A stretch of DNA of 33,626 bases, taken from Candidatus Margulisiibacteriota bacterium (lineage in GTDB: Bacteria > Margulisbacteria > Marinamargulisbacteria > JBHPDY01). Location: contig JBHPDY010000002.1 in NCBI GenBank assembly GCA_042577605.1, positions 1 to 33,626 of the forward strand, in the 5' to 3' direction. Shown here in pieces: positions 27,644 to 33,626 of this stretch. Each line of letters begins with the position of its first letter. Position 1 is the stretch's first letter. A model generated the notes under the pieces. It was not told the DNA's origin and made no database searches. It saw nothing but the letters and a program-made list of their open reading frames with translations. A program made the position numbers and the translations under genes.

Positions 27644-30046
27644 ATGGTAAAAAATATTCTGCGGAAAATATTCAAAGGGATTCTTTCTTTAGACAAAACC
27701 TATCCCAGGTTTATCAGGATTGCTGACCATCTCTTTACCATACCCTGCTATACAGACAATAAAAGATTTGAACAGCTCTATCCTCAGATAATTGTTCAGG
27801 GCCTGGCAAATGCCAAAGTAATCCCCTATAATCCTAACCGGATCTGGCCCTTCTGGGTTTATCAGCAGCTTAATCCTGAAAGCCAAAGTTATAGTTCATC
27901 CGGTTTCCCTTTTGCTTTAATTAATACTACTCACCGGAACTGGTCTTCAATCAGTCTACCTTCATCTGATACTAATGCTATCATTGATCCCAGGGGCCTT
28001 ATTACACCTCTGGTTAGCGGTTGGTCAATGGATAACTGGATTAGGGTTTCCGGCAAGCTCTACTCTCCTGCAAAACTAGCTGATATCGAACAACAATACC
28101 TTTTAGAAAACAAGCCGATCATTATTACCAAATGGAAAGCAGAGCAGCTTAATATATGCTCGGAAACCTTTTTGAGCTCCTTTGAACAAAAAAGTATTGT
28201 CTTTAACCAACTGAGAGTTACCAATACCTCTGATGAGACTAAAAAATTCTCCCTATACTTTGCTGTCCGGCCTTATAACCCCGAAGGGCTTGCCCCCATT
28301 GACGAGATAGTATATACAACTTCCCAGGCTTTAATAATCGATGGCCGCCTTTCTGTGGTCTTTGACCAGAAACCTGACAACGTCATCTGCCTCAGGCATA
28401 AAGACGGTGATGTTTCAGAAGAACATGTTAAGAACTGGGAAATGATCCCGCATGCTAAGTGCAAAGACCACCTGGCATCTGCCTATGCTGAATACCGGCT
28501 TGTACTTCAACCAAATGAAGAAAAGGCTCTTACCTGTAAATTATTTAGTAATAATTCTTCCAGGCTGGTAAAAATGTTCCAGAAATCACTGCCTATTAGC
28601 CAGAAGGTCCAATTGCGCTCCAAAATTACTATGCTGCAAAAATTAAATTACCATACCGAAAGAATAAATATCAGAAGATACTGGCAAAATAACGCTTCCA
28701 GACTGGCTAGAATATCCATTCCCAATAAGAAACTGGAAACATGCTTTAACCAGAATATAGCCCATCTGCAAAATTTCGTAGGAAAAAAAGACATTTTTTC
28801 AGGCAGTTTCACAAATAAAAAACCATGGGTAACAGACTCTGTTCTATCCATATTAGCGCTTAACCGGATAGGCGCATTTGACCTGGCAAAAAAAAGCGTT
28901 GAGTCTCTACTGCGCAAAAAAAATCCATTCCGTATCTCATCTTCTGTGGACAAAGCAAAAAATCTGGATATTCTAGGTCAATTATTGTTTATCATCTATG
29001 ATTATTACAGTTTCACTAAAGATAAGGATTTCTTAGTACAGCATTTTTCCAATATCAAAGTCCTGACAACCAAGATAAAAAAATCTTTGTATAGTACCCG
29101 CTCCCAGAAAAAAGTAATGGGCTTAATGAACAAAACCTATTCCTGCGATAACCTGGGTTTACTGGACAATTATATGTGGGACAATTTCTGGACACTGGCC
29201 GGTGTAAAGGTCGCTAAAAAATTAGCCAAAATATTAGACAAAGAAGACCTTTTAACCCAACTCTCTGCCATGGAAACAAAGATTACAAATTATGTTGAAA
29301 AATACATATCACGCATTTCAGCTACTAAAAGTTCCACCCCTCATATCCCGGTTTCACCAAACAGGCTGATGGATTCCGCGCTCATAACTGCTCTGATCGG
29401 TATCCATCCCCTAAACATCCTGGATCCTCACTCTCATATCATCTCTAATACCCTATCCCAGCTAGAAAAACATTTCCTCTCTGATAATATCTATTTTAAT
29501 AATCTAAACCACACTGGTTTTAATATTGCTCACAACTGCCTATTAGCCCAAATCTATCTATATAGGCAAGATCCAAAACTATTCACCATTATAAGCTGGC
29601 TAATCAAAAACATCAGTGGTACAGGGGCCTGGCCCGAAGCTATTCATCCAAAAAGCTTAGGGGGCAGCGCAGGGGATGGGCATTATAGCACTGCTACGGC
29701 AGAATTTATTATGCTGATCCGGAATCTCCTCCTGAAAGAAGAAGAAAAAGTCCTGCATATTACGCCTATCCTGCCCAGAGAATGGCTTAAAAAGGACACT
29801 CCCTTGCAAGTAACAAATCTACCCACTCATTTTGGGATGGTCAGCTATGATTTATGCGCGGACAAAAACAATGTTTATGTGGAATTCGATAATAATTTTT
29901 CAACTCCTCCGGCAAGCATTAAAATTTCCCTGCCTCATTCCATTAAATACATTGTTGAAGACGGCAAGCAACAGGACGTTTATAAAACATCGGCCAGCAT
30001 TAGTCCACAAACCAAAAAATTAAAGATCGTACTCTTACCTGAATGA
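27644..30046 (+). CDS. large uncharacterised protein with a C-terminal (alpha/alpha)6 six-hairpin glycosidase-like region (GH15/GH63/GDE-like), tentative
   Basis: 800 aa. The N-terminal half looks beta-rich. The C-terminal half has patterns reminiscent of six-hairpin glycosidases (PWVTDSVLSILALNRIGAFDLAKKSVESL; NYMWDNFWTLAGVKVAKKLAKIL; GAWPEAIHPKSLGGSAGDGHYSTATAEFIML). No catalytic residues can be assigned by eye. Confidence 0.35.
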   Translation: MVKNILRKIFKGILSLDKTYPRFIRIADHLFTIPCYTDNKRFEQLYPQIIVQGLANAKVIPYNPNRIWPFWVYQQLNPESQSYSSSGFPFALINTTHRNWSSISLPSSDTNAIIDPRGLITPLVSGWSMDNWIRVSGKLYSPAKLADIEQQYLLENKPIIITKWKAEQLNICSETFLSSFEQKSIVFNQLRVTNTSDETKKFSLYFAVRPYNPEGLAPIDEIVYTTSQALIIDGRLSVVFDQKPDNVICLRHKDGDVSEEHVKNWEMIPHAKCKDHLASAYAEYRLVLQPNEEKALTCKLFSNNSSRLVKMFQKSLPISQKVQLRSKITMLQKLNYHTERINIRRYWQNNASRLARISIPNKKLETCFNQNIAHLQNFVGKKDIFSGSFTNKKPWVTDSVLSILALNRIGAFDLAKKSVESLLRKKNPFRISSSVDKAKNLDILGQLLFIIYDYYSFTKDKDFLVQHFSNIKVLTTKIKKSLYSTRSQKKVMGLMNKTYSCDNLGLLDNYMWDNFWTLAGVKVAKKLAKILDKEDLLTQLSAMETKITNYVEKYISRISATKSSTPHIPVSPNRLMDSALITALIGIHPLNILDPHSHIISNTLSQLEKHFLSDNIYFNNLNHTGFNIAHNCLLAQIYLYRQDPKLFTIISWLIKNISGTGAWPEAIHPKSLGGSAGDGHYSTATAEFIMLIRNLLLKEEEKVLHITPILPREWLKKDTPLQVTNLPTHFGMVSYDLCADKNNVYVEFDNNFSTPPASIKISLPHSIKYIVEDGKQQDVYKTSASISPQTKKLKIVLLPE

Positions 30047-31407
30047 GCCTCAAAATAGGTTCTCAAGACACTTGTAAAATCTCTAAACTGGTCTATAAAG
30101 GAACAGGCCTGGGACAGATCGGGAATATCAAAATATTCGTCCCCGGAACAGTACCTCAAGACGAAGTCAAAGTCCGGATCACTAAAAAGAAAAGGAATTA
30201 TTTAGAAGGAAAAGCAATTGAATTTGTTAAAAACTCACCGCTGAGGACAAATTCCATCTGTCCTAATAGCGGATCCTGCGGCGGCTGTCAGGTCCTGGAG
30301 GTGGACTATAAGAAACAATTAGAACTGAAAGAAACCATCATCCTGGACGCCATCCAATACTTCCTTCCGGAGGCTAAAGACAAACTCCTCCCTATCATAC
30401 CCGCCCCCCAGAATCTCTTTTACCGGAATAAAATGGAATTCTCGTTCGGCCAGGACCCTAATACTGCGAAAATATTCTCCGGGCTCAAAGTAAAAGGACG
30501 TTTCGATCAGATCATTCCTTTGCAAAAATGTTTTCTATTCTCTGAAAAATCAGATATCATCCGCAGTTTTATTTCAGATTTTTTGTCTAAACAACCTGAA
30601 ATAAGCGCCTGGGATTACCATAAAAACACTGGATTTCTGAGGTATCTGGTAATGAGGCACTCCAAAACTTTTGATAGATATCTTATTAACATTGTTGTAT
30701 CGGAAGACCGGAAAGAACTCCTGCAAAACCTGGCTGGGGAACTAAATAATAATTTCCCTAAAATAGAATCCATCTTATATTCAGTTAAGCCTGAAAAAGC
30801 TGATACTGCTTTCAGCCAGGAGATAAACATCCTTTCCGGCCCTGGATTCCTTAAAGAAACACTGGGCAACAAAACTTTCATCATTTCAGCCCTATCATTT
30901 TTTCAAACCAATACCTTGCAGGCGGAAACTCTATACCAAACAATAGCCCAAACAGCTGCTCTTAATTCAAAAGAAACTGTGATGGACCTCTACTGCGGGA
31001 CCGGGACCATAGGGCTCTTTCTGGCTGGTAAAGCAAAAAAGATCATCGGCATCGAAGAAAATCCCGAAGCCATAAAAAATGCTGAAAAAAACTCTGAATT
31101 AAACAAGGTACAAAACGCAATTTTCTATTCCGGCCGGGTAAAAAACATTTTAAAGTTCAACCAGTTTAATCCTGATGTCGTAATAACTGATCCCCCAAGA
31201 TGTGGAATGGTGCCCAAAGCCCTACAAAGAATGATCGACCTGAAAGCTAAAAAAGTCATTTATATTTCCTGCAATCCCATAACACTTTTGCGTGACTTAA
31301 AAACCATCTGTCAGTCAGGATATAAATTAGTAAGCTTACAACCAGTGGATATGTTCCCTAATACTTTTCATATTGAAAGTATTGCTTTAGTGGAAAGAAC
31401 CAGATAA
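30043..31407 (+). CDS. rlmD: 23S rRNA (uracil-C5)-methyltransferase, RlmD/RumA family (TRAM + Fe-S + SAM MTase)
   Basis: 454 aa with an N-terminal TRAM-like domain and the Cys cluster CPNSGSCGGCQ. SAM motif DLYCGTGTIGL, DPPRCG, and the catalytic Cys in YISCNP. A 4-nt ATGA overlap links it to the upstream gene. Exact target specificity is not determinable. Confidence 0.8.
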   Translation: MSLKIGSQDTCKISKLVYKGTGLGQIGNIKIFVPGTVPQDEVKVRITKKKRNYLEGKAIEFVKNSPLRTNSICPNSGSCGGCQVLEVDYKKQLELKETIILDAIQYFLPEAKDKLLPIIPAPQNLFYRNKMEFSFGQDPNTAKIFSGLKVKGRFDQIIPLQKCFLFSEKSDIIRSFISDFLSKQPEISAWDYHKNTGFLRYLVMRHSKTFDRYLINIVVSEDRKELLQNLAGELNNNFPKIESILYSVKPEKADTAFSQEINILSGPGFLKETLGNKTFIISALSFFQTNTLQAETLYQTIAQTAALNSKETVMDLYCGTGTIGLFLAGKAKKIIGIEENPEAIKNAEKNSELNKVQNAIFYSGRVKNILKFNQFNPDVVITDPPRCGMVPKALQRMIDLKAKKVIYISCNPITLLRDLKTICQSGYKLVSLQPVDMFPNTFHIESIALVERTR

Positions 31408-31469
31408 ACCTCTGTTATTTATCCTACTTTTCTTTGAAATAATTCACCTCATTGGGATGGTAGGAGAGC

Positions 31470-33479
31470 CTATTTATTAGATGTATTTTCATTTTCTGAA
31501 TCAGAAACATCAGATGTATCATCATCATCTTCTTCTTCAATTTTCTGAGCGATTATTTTTTTAAGATGCTCTATATATTCTTGGTTCTTATTCTTACGCT
31601 TACTCTTCCGTAGCTCTTTTAATTCATTTTTAGAAGTAATCTTTCCTTGTACAATTAGTTCCGCTTCTAACTTTTCTACTGCACTATAGTCTTTAGAATG
31701 TTTATTTACTATGTTTATGTACACTTCGGGCAACAGAGTATTAACCTCAGGCCTTTTTTTATAATCAATTTCAAGCACTTTCTGAATAAAATCGCAAAAA
31801 GCCTTATCTGCATAAGGATGGGATTTTAATCCTGCTATAAGCTTATCAACTATATTATATTTTTTCTTTGAGCTTTTCTGGGTATTTTGTTTTTGGTGTG
31901 TATTTTCATTAGCCCCTGCGTACGGCTCATAAAGTTGGCCAAGTTGAAATATTTTATTATAAGGATGCATAGTAAAAAAGGGATTCCTTGGATCTACCAA
32001 ATAAGCCAAAGTAATAGCAGCAGACCAAAGATCTCCTGTTTTGTGGATAATGCTTCCACTTGCCTCCTGCTGAAATTCAAATGCCCTTTCGGGAGGCATA
32101 AAATACGGACTAGCTTGCCCTTTATCTTCCTCTTTTAACGTCCCAGCAGAAACAGATGCACCAAGGTCGCCTAATAACAACTTCAATTTTTTCCTTTTTA
32201 CTAAGTCCAAAAATATTTCTTTTGTAAGTTTACTTTTAAAACCCTTTCCTAAAATATAAAAAAATACATTTCCTGGTTTTATATCAAGATGTAGCATCTT
32301 AGAAGTCTGAAAAACAGATACCGCTGTTAATAACTCATATGTTAAATACCACATCACTTTTCTAAATTCCTCTTTAGTAAATTTCCACAGCTTAAATACA
32401 TCTATGTCAGGAGGTTCTGATATTTCAAATTCGTCTAACTCTTGTATTGCCATTTCTGCATCTAACTTTTGTCTATATTCTTGATAAAAATCTTTTTTTT
32501 CGATTTGCTTTAACATCTTCCCATGTATTTCCCATAACCGCTTCTTACGATCTTTTCCTCCCCCGTCTTTACTTTTAAGTATTTTACTTAAATATTCTTT
32601 CTCCCATTTTTGTTTATCAATACGCCACATTACTTGCAGAATATCCTTTAAATCACCATTCATTTCCGGTGAATCTGCATATGTAATTATCTTCCCACCT
32701 ACTATTCCTATAGCATAATTCTCCAGCTTTAATACCTTGCTGTCCATTTTTCCTCTGAAGGTCCACAATTTCCTTGACTCCTCCAATGTGTCTAGCACTT
32801 GGCCAAAGCCTTTCTTAGTCACTTCAATACCTTCCCTGCTGAATTTAGTTACTAAATCAAGCTTCTTAATGCCAGGTTTGATTGTATTATTTCTCTTGGA
32901 AACTAGGCCAAAGCCTCCTTTACCTTTTAAGTCCCCTAATTTAAGCAGGAAATTCGTCCAGCTATCTATATGTGTAACTCTCTTATCCTTCTTATTTCCC
33001 GGTAAACTGCTATCAAAGAAATTAATAACAAAAGGATAATAATATGTAATCCCATTTACTTTTACTTCTGAAATATACTTCTCACAAGACTTCGATTTTT
33101 TTCTTCCCCCACCTTCGGAAGGCACATCCTGGAGGGACTTATGCACTATGATGCGCATCGTATCTCCTTCTGGACCAATTATCATTGTTTCATGCCCGAT
33201 CCATTCTTCAAATCTCTTTAGTTTAAGTGTTTTTTTAAATTTTTCAATTTTCTTGAGTGTTTTTCTATCTACACCACTTTTTTTTCTCCTGAATTGTTTA
33301 TAGTCATAAGGAAATTTATACTTTCTCCCAATAATCTTTCTTTGAAATACTTGTACACCATCTTTATCAACAGGATTCCTATCCCAGGTTTTTTTATATA
33401 TATAATTCACAGAAACTATCTTTTTAAGATTCATAACTTTTCCATTAAATAATCTTTTTACATATTGGAATTTTGTCAT
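31470..33479 (-). CDS. atypical Hanks-type (eukaryotic-like) Ser/Thr protein kinase with a novel basic N-terminal region and an acidic tail
   Basis: 669 aa. Gly-rich loop GKGGFGLV, catalytic loop HLDIKPGN, DFG-equivalent GDLGAS, APE-equivalent FMPPE, and subdomain IX GDLWSAAITLAYL. No TM, PASTA, FHA or TPR motif seen. C-terminal EEEDDDDTSDVSDSENEN. Confidence 0.7.
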   Translation of the reverse strand: MTKFQYVKRLFNGKVMNLKKIVSVNYIYKKTWDRNPVDKDGVQVFQRKIIGRKYKFPYDYKQFRRKKSGVDRKTLKKIEKFKKTLKLKRFEEWIGHETMIIGPEGDTMRIIVHKSLQDVPSEGGGRKKSKSCEKYISEVKVNGITYYYPFVINFFDSSLPGNKKDKRVTHIDSWTNFLLKLGDLKGKGGFGLVSKRNNTIKPGIKKLDLVTKFSREGIEVTKKGFGQVLDTLEESRKLWTFRGKMDSKVLKLENYAIGIVGGKIITYADSPEMNGDLKDILQVMWRIDKQKWEKEYLSKILKSKDGGGKDRKKRLWEIHGKMLKQIEKKDFYQEYRQKLDAEMAIQELDEFEISEPPDIDVFKLWKFTKEEFRKVMWYLTYELLTAVSVFQTSKMLHLDIKPGNVFFYILGKGFKSKLTKEIFLDLVKRKKLKLLLGDLGASVSAGTLKEEDKGQASPYFMPPERAFEFQQEASGSIIHKTGDLWSAAITLAYLVDPRNPFFTMHPYNKIFQLGQLYEPYAGANENTHQKQNTQKSSKKKYNIVDKLIAGLKSHPYADKAFCDFIQKVLEIDYKKRPEVNTLLPEVYINIVNKHSKDYSAVEKLEAELIVQGKITSKNELKELRKSKRKNKNQEYIEHLKKIIAQKIEEEDDDDTSDVSDSENENTSNK

Positions 33480-33626
33480 AAGTTAGTACCAATCCATTCT
33501 CCAAATCATTGGATCATTAAGTTATCGGAAAAAATCCAAAAAAATTGCATAATTCAAAATTTACTAACTGTTGTAAGGCCAAATTAAGAATGAAACAAAA
33601 CTCCAAATAATTGCGTAGAGTAAAAA

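Overview
Low-GC bacterial chromosomal segment. I saw no rRNA, tRNA, CRISPR array or transposase. Most of it is housekeeping operons. These are ileS and a complete minus-strand F1Fo ATP synthase operon (atpZ-like, atpI-like, atpB, a triplicated c gene, atpE, atpF, atpH, atpA, atpG, atpD, atpC) preceded by cmoA. They continue with a tandem M16 peptidase, rnhB-yraN, the rpmF-plsX-fabH-fabD-fabG-acpP-fabF lipid cluster and glnA. The window ends with a DUF368 membrane protein, an 800-aa six-hairpin-glycosidase-like protein coupled to an RlmD/RumA-type RNA methyltransferase, and an atypical Hanks-type protein kinase. A further minus-strand ORF (1..983) is missing from the supplied track because it runs off the left edge. 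The strongest novelty candidate is the rotor of the ATP synthase. Next to a normal 83-aa c subunit sits one ORF made of three fused F-type c hairpins. Its middle hairpin has lost the ion-binding carboxylate (Glu to Gln). The monomer carries a two-carboxylate Na+-type signature. Several long intergenic regions are filled by two families of structured repeats shared between loci, by near-perfect AGACGT...ACGTCT palindromes, and by two very long inverted repeats, one of which spans the stop codons of two convergent genes. All functional calls rest on motifs read by eye. No database search was possible.
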